The position numbers and the translations under genes are program-made. Below, piece after piece: positions 37,219 through 47,529 of a DNA stretch of 64,000 bases. Source of the DNA: a virus. The DNA lies in IMG/VR virus record IMGVR_UViG_3300005293_000039, positions 10,541 to 74,540 of that record; one strand, given 5' to 3'. The notes beneath the pieces are model-generated. The model was not told where the DNA came from, ran no database searches, and saw nothing but the letters and a program-made list of their open reading frames with translations. Each line of letters starts with the position of its first letter. Position 1 is the first letter of the stretch.

Positions 37219-38862
37219 CTATTGAATCAGTTGACTGTCTCCGTTTGGTGGCGGTTGAGGCGGTGGAATGATCGGCGCTGGCGCGTCTGCTTTCTCTTCC
37301 GCTATCTTGGCACGCTCAGCGTCAGTGTCATCAATCCCGCCGCGAGACATCGCGGTTTCCTTGCTAAGCAACCCCGCTTTTACATCGTCACGGTTTGCTG
37401 ATCGTTCTTCGGGGCTAACAGGGCCGTCCTCAATAACCACCTCGAAGTTACAGCGTAACCCCGCAAAGTCTTGTGCCCGACCACAGAACTGTGCGGCGAT
37501 TCTTAATCCCGTGTCGAGTGTCCACCGTCCTGCATCGTCGATTGAATCCTGCGAATCCAAGAGCGATGATCGATACTCTGCGCGGGCTTGTTCCCTTGAT
37601 TTACCAGAAGCCGCAGCGTCTCCCGAGATCATTACATGAGTCTGTTGGGCCTGCCCGAGAATCGACGCGTACATTGAATCTCGAGTACCGACAAATGTAT
37701 CGATCTGGACCGGATCGCGATAAGAGATGTTTGGGTCAGCTCGACCAATGATCTTTCCGTCTTTGTCCTTAATTAGAAGCCCGCTGATAAGGTTTGATAC
37801 TCCTGGGCCGATCAAAAATTCGCTATCGATAGATTCTTCTCTGAATCCTGAGGCTTGGGTAGAGTCTGGAACCTTAATTTTTCGCTTCGGCGGCTCCGCG
37901 TTCATAATCACGCGCTCGAGATTGCCGGCCAGGTTAACGTTGCGCATCATCATCGTTAACGCAAGATTCAAAGACTTTTGATTCGATCTAATCTGCGCCG
38001 TGATCAATGCTTTTCGATTGACCTCATACATCCATAATCGGCCTTGGAGATCGTAAGGAATGGGATCGACTACCAGATCCGGACTGTCCGAAAGTACTTG
38101 CAGAATTGTTTGGCCTAAGTCATTTACATAACTGAGCTCAACACAGGTAGATTGATCTACCTTATAGACGTAAAGACCAAACGGCTTTTCAGTATCCGAA
38201 TCATTAAATACGCCGCCCTTGTCCGAACAAACCACGTCAATGTGAAGAAAGTTCAGAGCATCTGCCAAGGATCGCTGTTGCGGGATCTGACCATCGTTTC
38301 TTAATCCACGAGGCACAAACAGACGCAACAATACCTTTTCTTCATTCAGGCACTTTGCGAGAGCTTCTTTGAGTTTCTTTCGGGGTTTGGCCTGATCCCA
38401 CCAAACAGTTAACGCTTCGTCCGCTTCCTGTGCAAACTTATCAAGCTGTCCCGCGCCTTGATTCTTTGGTAATACAAAACTGAATAATTTGGCAAGCTTT
38501 GTTCGGCGAGCTTGCGTTGACTTTGAAACCGTAGCTTGTGGTACGAACCCCCAGAGAGGTTCGCGGCCTAAGATTCCCCCAACATGACGATCCACTACTT
38601 CCGCGATCACGTTCTCAGATACAAAGGCTTCTTCAATCTGAATTAACGTTGTGCTTAAGCGATCAATCGGCTTGGCACCGATCCACCCGTTGCCCTTTTG
38701 CCAGTGATCACCCTCATAGAAGAGTGTATTAGCGATTGCTCCGTCTGGACGACGTTTAATAGAGCGCCCATCGACAACCTTAACCTCCGTGAGCAATCCG
38801 TTAGCCAGTTCTACTGCTTTCTTTTGATCGGCTTGAATTATGTCTGAGAGAAGGATCGGCAC
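37219..38862 (-). CDS. portal protein
   Basis: FYEGDHW, N.I..VVD...G.LG.EP, SG.S, GLLSKETAM; follows TerL. Confidence 0.85.
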   Translation of the reverse strand: MPILLSDIIQADQKKAVELANGLLTEVKVVDGRSIKRRPDGAIANTLFYEGDHWQKGNGWIGAKPIDRLSTTLIQIEEAFVSENVIAEVVDRHVGGILGREPLWGFVPQATVSKSTQARRTKLAKLFSFVLPKNQGAGQLDKFAQEADEALTVWWDQAKPRKKLKEALAKCLNEEKVLLRLFVPRGLRNDGQIPQQRSLADALNFLHIDVVCSDKGGVFNDSDTEKPFGLYVYKVDQSTCVELSYVNDLGQTILQVLSDSPDLVVDPIPYDLQGRLWMYEVNRKALITAQIRSNQKSLNLALTMMMRNVNLAGNLERVIMNAEPPKRKIKVPDSTQASGFREESIDSEFLIGPGVSNLISGLLIKDKDGKIIGRADPNISYRDPVQIDTFVGTRDSMYASILGQAQQTHVMISGDAAASGKSREQARAEYRSSLLDSQDSIDDAGRWTLDTGLRIAAQFCGRAQDFAGLRCNFEVVIEDGPVSPEERSANRDDVKAGLLSKETAMSRGGIDDTDAERAKIAEEKADAPAPIIPPPQPPPNGDSQLIQ

Positions 38863-38981
38863 GGGTGAGAGTGTGCCAAAGATGGGGAATTTATTTTGCG
38901 ACTGTCAGCCTTCGAAATGAATGAGGTAGGTGGGTGTTAGAATTAACAGGATTCGAATCACTGATGAGAGGGTAAACACCG

Positions 38982-39179
38982 ATGGAAAATGAACTACTGA
39001 CGGGCATTGAAGAGATCGATCAGCAAATCCTTGAACTACTCCCGCAAACCCAAACTATGTCGGCTGGGAGTGGGATGAATGATCGAGTAAGCCGACTCGG
39101 CAGCATGGCGGCGACACAGCGGATAGCTGGATTACGCCAAGCGGCAGAGATTTTCAAGGCGCGGGAAGAACTTCAATAA
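38982..39179 (+). CDS. small antisense moron
   Basis: GAGGG RBS; between TerL and portal. Confidence 0.45.
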   Translation: MENELLTGIEEIDQQILELLPQTQTMSAGSGMNDRVSRLGSMAATQRIAGLRQAAEIFKAREELQ

Positions 39180-41974
39180 CTCTGACTGGTATAGCTTTCC
39201 GAGTCTTCTTCTGAATAGCGATCTTTGCCGATTGGTTTTTGGTAAAACGCGAGGTTTGCTCCGTCTGCTAGGTCCGGTGAATATCCCAGCCGCTTTTTCA
39301 TTTTCTCTTTTTCTTCCACGATCTTATAACCCGGCGACTTGTACTTTGGCGTGGACCACTCGCGCTCCAACTTTAAGCGAATATCCTGCCGTAGACGTGA
39401 GTAGTCTAAACGCTTTTCTTGTGCCCGTTTGCGGATATCAAACCACAATTCTGAGCGCACGTTTTTATATTGCTCTCTGTCGTTGGCGGGTTCTGTCGAG
39501 TTGACTCCGATAGCGTTATATCCAGCGGTCTTTAGTACAAAGTACGGCCCCATACCCGGGCCTCCTGTAGTGTCGATCTTGATCGGCACCTTCTTAGCGA
39601 CTTTGATTTGCTCTTCGGTGTCCGTAATTGCGGTCCACTGCCGACCTTTCCACTGCCTGACGGCTGCGAGCGCATCTTCCATGCATGCCTGCGCCACTTC
39701 CATCCCGTCCATCTTGCGGATCTCGCGACCCGAGATCAGGCAAGGCCCACGGCGCACAAAGATCGTGGTCCTGTCGTCACCAAACCTCGCGACGTCTGAG
39801 CCTAACTCTGGCATATCACTCTCGATCGGCTCTGATCGCGGCTGAGACTTTAGCCATGACCTCGGGATAACCTGCTGATCGGCTTGAGTGGGAAACTCAC
39901 CCAGCACACGTCCTTGGAAGTAAGCAGTAGGCATGTAGAATTGAGTTTTACTCAGATCGGCCGGCCGACCCTCAAGGGCATTCTTAATCTCTGCCAGTGA
40001 GACGAACTCAAAAGCATCCTCAACTAGCTTTTCGGTCAATTCGCATTCCTTCTCGAGCATTTCAGACAGCCAAAGAAGTCGAACCGCATCAGGGAATGGG
40101 GGCTTCTCGCATCTCAACTCCGATGCAATGTTCGGATGTTCAAGCGCAGAGATTGAAAGAGTGTTATAGAGAATTGATTCTGATGCGAGCCCGAACTCTG
40201 TTGCCTCATCAGTCGGATTGCCGATCGCGAAGACTCGGTTATCCGGGTGAGTCATCAAACCGCCCACCGCATCCCAAATGTATTTAGGAACACCAACGCC
40301 CTCTTCGATCACGATCAGAATAGGCGCCGAGTGTTCCCCTTGAAAACCTTCGCCCCGCTCTGCGTTGAGAGCTCGAATGTAATGCTCGCCCTCTTTCAGT
40401 TTGTCGAGATCGCGGATTATCCCCGTATCAAGAATGATGCCCGGCAGTCCCTTTGCCCTTCGGAGTGTCTTTAACTGTTTGAATGTGAGACCGAGCGCCT
40501 GTGGCCAGGTAGGCGCCGTAATGTATCCGATGTGTTTATCCCAACAGTCATACCACCATGAGGTTGCGACTGCTGCGGTGAATGTGTTGTGCTCCCAGAA
40601 CGTAGTTAAGAATGTATGATGCTCGGGAACTTCAACTGCTACCGTGGTCTCAATACCCGCATACTCAATACTTTTTACCTTTTCGAGAATCGTGCCTGAC
40701 GGTGCGTAGCGAGTGCGCCACACCCGTCTCGAGCGACCAGAGAGTTTCTTTTCCGCGATAAACCGGACCTTCGCTATTGCGGCGGTCTTACCGAATATGC
40801 CGACCTGATCGCAAAATCGTAGAACGCTGTCCGCTGAGTGTAGTGACACATCCCACGCGTGAACCTCTGGCCTGTATCGCAGCCTACCCGCGATCCCAAA
40901 ACGCAGTAATAGTTCCTGTACATCACGTACAAGATTCTCTGATACTGAACAGAACCCTATTTCAATAGCTCCGGTGTTGCTTGCGGACGCCCATCCGTCC
41001 GTCGCATACAAGCGCGATAGAAATAAACGAATCTTGTCGAGGCTTTGCACAAAGACTTGGGGCGGAACTCTCTTATCGCGCGAATGCTTGCCCATTAACC
41101 CGTGGCGGCGAAGCAGATCAGCGACTTCGTTTAGGCGGTGACTCGTAACACCGGATGGTGATCTGCTTTTGGACGCACGGACACGTGTGCCAACCACGCG
41201 GTATTGATACCGATCTTCACCACATCGCTTTAGAGCTGCTCCGCGCTCAGCGCATAAAGACTTGAACTCCGTGAGTTGTTGATTGTCTTGCTGGGTGAAC
41301 GACACGCCTCTCGCTGTGTATCCACCGTCGCCAATCAGGTACGCGAGTAGTTTGAGATCTGAGTCCGACAGCGGTGTTTCTCCGCTAAGCTCAAAGCCGC
41401 TCAAGGTTGACGCCACCGCAACCACGTCGCCGGGCCTGATGTTGCTGAGCGAGGTCCATCTCAAGGGCTTGATTTCGGGATGCTTCCCGGCAACGAATGT
41501 GGCATTAGCCGACATAAACGGGTGTTCGGCATTCCGTATAACACGCCGACCAGACTCAGTTGTCAGCGCATAAACAGGCTCTATCGCATTGATTACCGCG
41601 TGGGCGTTAACCGCTTTGGGGATACCGTTAACTAGCGTGAGAAGGCGAAACCTCCGACCAATTAAGTCGCCCGCCCGTCGCCTGGAGCCATCGGCAAGCG
41701 GAATAAACTCCGATGCCGCGACGCACTTTCCGATCGCATGGCTCGCTTGTGCGAGGGTGTAGCGATTCTCAAGAATGCTTTGCAGCATCGCATCTTGATC
41801 GGGCGTAAGAGTTACGCCGAGGATCTCTTTAGCGTAAGCCTGTGGGCGGGATTGATACTTTTCTAAGGATTCGGCGGGCCGCGCTCGTGAGGGTATACCA
41901 GCTCTAACCGCTGCCTGTTCAGCGATCGCTATAGCATGGGCTTCTTGTTCGGCTGATGAATACTGAACACTCAC
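39173..41974 (-). CDS. terL: terminase large subunit (intein-containing)
   Basis: ASHAIGK/T Walker A, IVIEE Walker B, GNPT, DVARFGDDRT, SPDLAD. Confidence 0.93.
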   Translation of the reverse strand: MSVQYSSAEQEAHAIAIAEQAAVRAGIPSRARPAESLEKYQSRPQAYAKEILGVTLTPDQDAMLQSILENRYTLAQASHAIGKCVAASEFIPLADGSRRRAGDLIGRRFRLLTLVNGIPKAVNAHAVINAIEPVYALTTESGRRVIRNAEHPFMSANATFVAGKHPEIKPLRWTSLSNIRPGDVVAVASTLSGFELSGETPLSDSDLKLLAYLIGDGGYTARGVSFTQQDNQQLTEFKSLCAERGAALKRCGEDRYQYRVVGTRVRASKSRSPSGVTSHRLNEVADLLRRHGLMGKHSRDKRVPPQVFVQSLDKIRLFLSRLYATDGWASASNTGAIEIGFCSVSENLVRDVQELLLRFGIAGRLRYRPEVHAWDVSLHSADSVLRFCDQVGIFGKTAAIAKVRFIAEKKLSGRSRRVWRTRYAPSGTILEKVKSIEYAGIETTVAVEVPEHHTFLTTFWEHNTFTAAVATSWWYDCWDKHIGYITAPTWPQALGLTFKQLKTLRRAKGLPGIILDTGIIRDLDKLKEGEHYIRALNAERGEGFQGEHSAPILIVIEEGVGVPKYIWDAVGGLMTHPDNRVFAIGNPTDEATEFGLASESILYNTLSISALEHPNIASELRCEKPPFPDAVRLLWLSEMLEKECELTEKLVEDAFEFVSLAEIKNALEGRPADLSKTQFYMPTAYFQGRVLGEFPTQADQQVIPRSWLKSQPRSEPIESDMPELGSDVARFGDDRTTIFVRRGPCLISGREIRKMDGMEVAQACMEDALAAVRQWKGRQWTAITDTEEQIKVAKKVPIKIDTTGGPGMGPYFVLKTAGYNAIGVNSTEPANDREQYKNVRSELWFDIRKRAQEKRLDYSRLRQDIRLKLEREWSTPKYKSPGYKIVEEKEKMKKRLGYSPDLADGANLAFYQKPIGKDRYSEEDSESYTSQSY
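40586..41725 (-). mobile_element. intein with LAGLIDADG endonuclease (380 aa)
   Basis: K|CVAASE...EHN|T; LLAYLIGDG and FLSRLYATDG. Confidence 0.92.
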
Positions 41975-42591
41975 ATAACCTCTGTACTGATTAACTCTTG
42001 CTCTGAGATTCCAAAACGTGAGGCTACTATCTGACGTGCTTTATCCTCGGATAATCCGGTCTCGCTTAAGATTGCGCGTAACGCTTCTCTCGCGGCCTCA
42101 TTCGGATTGATACCCGGCAGCTTATTCAACCCAAACACCGCACACAGTTGTTTCGCGGCTTCTTGTGCGCTGTACATCTCAAATTCATGTGTAACTATCC
42201 GCTCGCCGTCCTTCGTGAATCGCTCTGTGGTCTTCATCTTCTTTATGAGATGAGACAGCCCACGCTCTTTGGCTTGTCGGAGGACTTCGTTATCAGGAAG
42301 GATCTCAGCGATGTCGGCGCGCATCTGACTCGCAAGCGTTCCGATCACTTCATTTGTCTGGATTTTAGAGTCTTCAATGCGCTGTTGAATTCGTTCTTGG
42401 ATACCAACATTTACCAACAGACGTGGCCCTTGCTTGTTTGGCTTCCGGTAACCTGCGGCGCGTGCGGCACGGGTTGCGTTGCCGTCCTTCAGAACTTCTT
42501 CGGTGAACCTCTGCTGCTTTAGGGTAGGCTTCCGTTTGGCCTTGTCTCCCGCCTGAGGCAACCTATCATTTTTACTAGGCTTTTTCATCAT
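41971..42591 (-). CDS. terS: terminase small subunit
   Basis: KQQRF..E..KDGNATRAARAAGY...RLL. Confidence 0.9.
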   Translation of the reverse strand: MMKKPSKNDRLPQAGDKAKRKPTLKQQRFTEEVLKDGNATRAARAAGYRKPNKQGPRLLVNVGIQERIQQRIEDSKIQTNEVIGTLASQMRADIAEILPDNEVLRQAKERGLSHLIKKMKTTERFTKDGERIVTHEFEMYSAQEAAKQLCAVFGLNKLPGINPNEAAREALRAILSETGLSEDKARQIVASRFGISEQELISTEVM

Positions 42592-42780
42592 TCGGCCACG
42601 TGCTAACGGTTAGCTATAATCCCCTGCGCCCTCAATTCCGCTCCCATGTGCTTGACCCGCTGATAGCGAGCATATTTTCGTTGTGTCTTCCACGCGAAGT
42701 TACAAAACTTTTCAATTTCATCTATCGCAGCGGCTTGGCGTGATTGAGTCTTCATTTGTACCTCATTTTTATTGCCTGTC

Positions 42781-42933
42781 TCACCATATATGCCCGCGCA
42801 ACATCACAATCAAAGTCAACGCTACCAACACCACAAAGATGATCAGCTTCTGAGTCTCCGTCACCTTGGGAGCAAAGTTGATCAAGATCGCTAAGAGGAT
42901 CAGAACTAAGACGATAATTATAATAGATTCCAT
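42781..42933 (-). CDS. 50-aa 2-TM protein (not in ORF track)
   Basis: Own translation MESIIIIVLVLILLAILINFAPK... Confidence 0.55.
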   Translation of the reverse strand: MESIIIIVLVLILLAILINFAPKVTETQKLIIFVVLVALTLIVMLRGHIW

Positions 42934-42985
42934 TTTATGTCCCTCTCAATAGTAGTCTAATCTCCTGCTAAACAATCAGAGGATC

Positions 42986-44410
42986 TTAGTTTCCTTCATA
43001 AAGAATCAATGCTTGACTGAGTTTCTCTCCAGCGGTGTCGCTGGTTTGATGCGCCGAAACAATATCCTCATCCCAAACTGCATCCGCTATTGCGCCGATA
43101 CTGGGAATGTCTCCTGTGGCTGAAGGACTCGCCGGTAGATTATCGGTCTTTGCTTTAATAGCTCCCGTATCTGACTTCACCGAGGCGATGTCCGCACTTA
43201 CTGATGCCCCTGCGGGCGCGCCAAGCCTGGCGTAGGCATCTCCAGTCATTGCTGGAGCACTCGCACCTTTCCAATCAATTACGTTCGAGTCAATCTGATT
43301 TGCAACGGTAAACGCCAGTTGGTCGGTCTTTGTCTTTATTGCGCCCGTATCGCTCTTTGCGGCGGCTATGTCAGTGCTAATCGAAGCCCCAACCGGAGCG
43401 CCAATACGTGTGAAGATGTCACCCGTCAGGTTGTCGATGATTCTTTTTGCGATCGAGCCGGCCGTGGTCATCCCCGAAGTTAAAGCATTCCATACATCCG
43501 CTACCGTGTGACTGCTCCGGGTTGATACCGCCGCGTCGAGATTGTCAAGTTTTGCGGCGCGCGCATCGGTCCATACATCATCAATTAATAAACCGCCTGC
43601 TGCACCCGGCACAGCATCAGGTAGAGAATTTACCGTGCCGGTTGGGCTGGCAACGTTGAAGAACTTCTTCACCCCAGCCGCGATCTGGCCTGCCGTCTCC
43701 GTTAATGCTGTACCAAGAATTTGCGCAAGGTTGGCTTTCACTACTCCTGAAGTGAAATCAAGCTGGCCGGTACCAGTACCGGAAGACAAGAGTACGCTTG
43801 CGCCAATATCTCGAGCTGTGACTGTGGTGCCGCCAAACTTTGTGGTGTTGACAGCCTGATCTGCGGCGAGTAGCACACTTAATCCGATGTCTCTTCCGGT
43901 CTGAGTTGTACCACCGAGTTTCACGGCATTTGCATCTATCTGCCCATTGGCAGGTTGATTGATCTGTCCTGCACCTGTACCTCGGGTGTAAAGGCCGCCC
44001 GCTGCTTCCGCTGCTGCATTAGGTAACGCTGTGAGTCCCGCTCGAACACCATCGTTCTGATCAACGTTAGTAAGCTGGATCTCAATATTGATTGGCACAA
44101 GGTTAGTGCCTTTCAGCATCATTACGGCATCGTTAGCCCCACTTGCTAAAACTGCGTCAGGTACTCCGATCTCATACCATCCGGGCATGTTTGTGGCGTC
44201 CATTTCTTTTATCCCACCACTGCTCCATGTTCCTAGCGTACCCGAGCCTGTCGTGACAGAGGTCGCTGATGATGCTCCGTCTCGCCAGTAGTACCAGGTA
44301 AACGATGAGTTTGTTAACCCAGTCTTTCCGGCCCCTGTAGTTAGGGTTGCATCCTGCACAAAGATGTGCAGCTTTTTTGATGTCGTGCCTTTGAGAATTA
44401 AGAGTTTCAA
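42986..44410 (-). CDS. repeat-rich fibre-like structural protein
   Basis: Internal repeats GAP.GAS.S.DIA..KSDTGAIK.KTD.L x2 and GGTT.T.RDIG.SVLL x2. Confidence 0.65.
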   Translation of the reverse strand: MKLLILKGTTSKKLHIFVQDATLTTGAGKTGLTNSSFTWYYWRDGASSATSVTTGSGTLGTWSSGGIKEMDATNMPGWYEIGVPDAVLASGANDAVMMLKGTNLVPINIEIQLTNVDQNDGVRAGLTALPNAAAEAAGGLYTRGTGAGQINQPANGQIDANAVKLGGTTQTGRDIGLSVLLAADQAVNTTKFGGTTVTARDIGASVLLSSGTGTGQLDFTSGVVKANLAQILGTALTETAGQIAAGVKKFFNVASPTGTVNSLPDAVPGAAGGLLIDDVWTDARAAKLDNLDAAVSTRSSHTVADVWNALTSGMTTAGSIAKRIIDNLTGDIFTRIGAPVGASISTDIAAAKSDTGAIKTKTDQLAFTVANQIDSNVIDWKGASAPAMTGDAYARLGAPAGASVSADIASVKSDTGAIKAKTDNLPASPSATGDIPSIGAIADAVWDEDIVSAHQTSDTAGEKLSQALILYEGN

Positions 44411-46230
44411 CTAAATATGCCGCCTGTTAAAGGTCTGCCTATACCATTAAGATAAGATTGAATTTCGTTGCCGCCGCTTGGCGTCGTCCCCGGTATGTAA
44501 GCAATCTGAATCCCGCACTCATAAACAAATGTGTCCATCGACGTGCCGCTAGACTTCATTCCGATTGTATTTCCGTTTGAGGGATAAGTACCTGAGGTAG
44601 TGACGTTACTGTAAAAAGTCGCCGTGTTTGTTAGGGTGATCGCGACGTCAGTTCCGTTATCGACTAACTGCGGTGTACCGGCTGAGATAGGCGTGATCTT
44701 GAATGACGCTGTGCCGACAACTCCTGCGACACTTGTTCCGGTCATCTGCGGCTGAATAGAAGTTGTGACCGTGACCTTGCGATAGGTGAGGCCAACTGAA
44801 ATGTTTGCGCCCGCACCACCTGAGCCGGAACTGTGCGCTTCGATGATCCCTGTCTCCAATGCGCCCGCTGAGAGGGCAGCGTTCGACGCGCGTGAGCAGA
44901 AGCCGAGGACAATTTCGTCTGTCTGAGCGAGCGTTCCCGATAGCGGACAGTCATAAGGTGAGGTTGAGTCATTCGCGTTAGTAACGTTCGCATCCAGGGG
45001 AGATGCGCCGAAGATTGACGAATCCCAGACTCCCAAAGCACCCGCACGAGCATTAGCAGACGATCCAAATGTCACCGTGACAGTCATTGACCCGCCATTG
45101 GTAACAATGCAATACCACTTCGAAAGACGCGCCGTGTTGGTTGTGGGGCCACTAAGCGCGGTCCATGTGTTGCCGCCTATGTCGTCGCCAATAGTTGGAG
45201 CTGTACCAGCAACCTGATCGCCAAAACAAACAACGATTATGTCTCCCGCCGCAACAGTCACGGGGCCAAGCGCGAGAGTTGTGCCCGTGGCTTTCGCATT
45301 GTTGATAGCGGTCGTCTTTGGAATGCCCGTGGTGACATCCTGCCCCTTCGCATAAATCCACGCCTTATGTCCGAGGATGGTTGCGCCGCCGCCGCCGCCG
45401 GTAATGTCAACATCGCCCTGAGAAGCCGATTGAATCCCGTAGGCTTCGATCACCTGTGAAGATCCGGCTTGTTTCCATCCCTTTCCAATGGCTACGGGAA
45501 CTTCGTTGACCGCGTCCCAGCGATTTGTGACTGATCCAACCGCAGTATCGAAGGCGTTGTTGGTTCCATTTGCATTTGGAGCTTTACGAGTGACACGAAG
45601 ATCAGAACCGGCACCAGGATCGTCTAAGGTCGTACCGTCATCAATGTAGAAATCATCAAGGAAGTTAGTCTGCCCCGAATTCGCGGCAGCTGAAATTTGG
45701 AATTGACCTGCGTCAGTACCCACACGCGGAAGACTGAAATCAGCATTCGTTACTGTTAGAACAAGCGTGCCATTGACAAACACCCTGATGGTGTAGTTGG
45801 TCGTGCTAGTTATTACGTAGGCGAGCGATACGCGGCAGTAAGAACCAATGGAAACCACGCTAGCACTACTGCTTTTCTGTGTAGTTCCATTAAAGATCGT
45901 CAAAGCCCCGGTCGACTCAAGGCCTAGTCTAAAGCACAGTAAGTTACCCGTACCGTTAACGTTGAATAAGATTCTGGCGTTTGCCCCAGTGACCGCATTC
46001 GCGATGTAATATCCAGCCGAAATTCTGCGCCCAGCATCCGCTAAGAGACTGTCCAGGCGAACGAAATTCAAGGGCCCGGCGGTGGTGTCTCCAGAATTAC
46101 CAATTTCAATAGAGTAAGGACCGCTACGGGGCTGAGAAGTAGAAGCACTAACAGTACCAAATGCGGATGACCATTCAGTCAGATCACCTGTCGAGTCTCC
46201 GCAGTCCGTGGCAAAAATCAGATTCGCCAT
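44407..46230 (-). CDS. lectin-like (ConA/LamG) beta-rich protein
   Basis: RVFVNGTLVL...LDDFYID; T/G/S-rich. Confidence 0.6.
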   Translation of the reverse strand: MANLIFATDCGDSTGDLTEWSSAFGTVSASTSQPRSGPYSIEIGNSGDTTAGPLNFVRLDSLLADAGRRISAGYYIANAVTGANARILFNVNGTGNLLCFRLGLESTGALTIFNGTTQKSSSASVVSIGSYCRVSLAYVITSTTNYTIRVFVNGTLVLTVTNADFSLPRVGTDAGQFQISAAANSGQTNFLDDFYIDDGTTLDDPGAGSDLRVTRKAPNANGTNNAFDTAVGSVTNRWDAVNEVPVAIGKGWKQAGSSQVIEAYGIQSASQGDVDITGGGGGATILGHKAWIYAKGQDVTTGIPKTTAINNAKATGTTLALGPVTVAAGDIIVVCFGDQVAGTAPTIGDDIGGNTWTALSGPTTNTARLSKWYCIVTNGGSMTVTVTFGSSANARAGALGVWDSSIFGASPLDANVTNANDSTSPYDCPLSGTLAQTDEIVLGFCSRASNAALSAGALETGIIEAHSSGSGGAGANISVGLTYRKVTVTTSIQPQMTGTSVAGVVGTASFKITPISAGTPQLVDNGTDVAITLTNTATFYSNVTTSGTYPSNGNTIGMKSSGTSMDTFVYECGIQIAYIPGTTPSGGNEIQSYLNGIGRPLTGGIFS

Positions 46231-46500
46231 TTACCAGTGCGTCTCCATGCTGCTAAAAGTAAAGCTCTGATCATTGAAGTCCATGACGATCTGCGCGGCC
46301 GATAATGCCCCACCTGACTGTGCGGCCAGCTGTTGGCTGCCCCATGTGATGACAAGAGCCTTACGCTGTGCGGCCGTACCGGAAGTCGTTTGATAGAACG
46401 CCTGTAACTGCGCCTTGGTGAGTGTGCAGACATTTCCATTCCCGGCACATACTATTGTGATCACGTTATCTTGTACTGTTTGTGATCTAACATTGGGCAC
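46231..46500 (-). CDS. hypothetical protein
   Basis: Abuts neighbours. Confidence 0.55.
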   Translation of the reverse strand: MPNVRSQTVQDNVITIVCAGNGNVCTLTKAQLQAFYQTTSGTAAQRKALVITWGSQQLAAQSGGALSAAQIVMDFNDQSFTFSSMETHW

Positions 46501-47023
46501 GATAGGACTCTCCCGCCACGATCAGTTGTTTAATTCCTGTTCGCTGCCACTTCATTAATCGATCACGTTTTACTCCCTTATTCCGGGCTAACTGGACCAA
46601 GGATTCACCGCCGAGAAAAGCACTAATTACCTCGCGATGTCTTGGTTTCAGGCAGTCAATAAATCGAGTTAATAGTTGGCGCCGTTCGCGGTCGTAATAC
46701 ACGTTTTCTTGCACCGGATCAATCGAGTGGTCTGCCAGCGGTGTGAACTCAATCAGCGCAGAGTCGTGATGACCATCAATGCGCGTAAACGATCTGATCA
46801 TGTCGCCGCGCACAAACTTATAGGCATAAGTTTTGAATTGACAACCATTCCGAGCCTCATAGCGATCTGCTGCCTTTACTAACGCCAGGTTTCCGGCGCT
46901 GATTAATTCATCCCAATCAGCGGAATATAAGAGTGATTCCTTCAGCCCAGCAGCAACAGATCGCACCACCCAAAGATGCGACAGGATCAGGTGATCGCGA
47001 TCTTCTTCCGCTACATGACTCAC
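46487..47023 (-). CDS. sigma-70 family factor, FliA/WhiG-like
   Basis: DELISAGNLALVKAADRY..RNGCQFKTYA...VRG (region 2); L.PRHREVI...SLVQLA...GV (region 4). Confidence 0.85.
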   Translation of the reverse strand: MSHVAEEDRDHLILSHLWVVRSVAAGLKESLLYSADWDELISAGNLALVKAADRYEARNGCQFKTYAYKFVRGDMIRSFTRIDGHHDSALIEFTPLADHSIDPVQENVYYDRERRQLLTRFIDCLKPRHREVISAFLGGESLVQLARNKGVKRDRLMKWQRTGIKQLIVAGESYRAQC

Positions 47024-47529
47024 CGCTTGAATACGACACCTTTCTTGAAATCAAAACTGGTAGCGCTAAATGCCTTACCAACTCGCTGCACAAGATCACC
47101 GGAGCCTGTCGGTGGAGTTGCTGTGATACCACCCGGTACTGAAGCTGAAAGATATTGCTCGACTCCACCTGTCATTCCTGAGACTTGATCATTTACTCCC
47201 TGACTGTAGACTGTTGCCGGATCTCCTGAGGCAACATCGTCAAGGACAAACCCATCTGCTTGCTTACTCGCACTCCCGTTTGCTAATCGTGCTTTTGGAG
47301 TGCCTGAATCGTTCCAGATATTGATTAAGTCTCCTGCTGCTAAGTCTTCTGAGGCGGTGAAGTCTGTTCCGACATGGGAGATATCATCAAGAAGCGCGAA
47401 CGTTCCCGGCTTGTCGGGTAGATCGTAGACACGCTCAGATGTGAGTGCGGTCGAATCGACTACGGCTCTGTTGAAACCGATTCTGAAAGTCTCGCCGACC
47501 GTCCCTAATAACTGAAGCCAGAGTCCCAT
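47020..47529 (-). CDS. capsid cement / head-fibre-like protein
   Basis: ASEDLAAGD.INI...A.GFV...G; YLS...G...T.P.GSG..VQRVG.A. Confidence 0.6.
   Translation of the reverse strand: MGLWLQLLGTVGETFRIGFNRAVVDSTALTSERVYDLPDKPGTFALLDDISHVGTDFTASEDLAAGDLINIWNDSGTPKARLANGSASKQADGFVLDDVASGDPATVYSQGVNDQVSGMTGGVEQYLSASVPGGITATPPTGSGDLVQRVGKAFSATSFDFKKGVVFKR

Noticed and set aside
38961-38988. CTGATGAG...GAAA hammerhead-like core
   Set aside because: Stem II does not close and flanking stems are missing; it overlaps an RBS and start codon
46278-46285. GCCGATAA sigma-28 -10 box near the sigma gene
   Set aside because: Lies antisense inside a CDS with no matching TAAA -35 at the right spacing; likely chance
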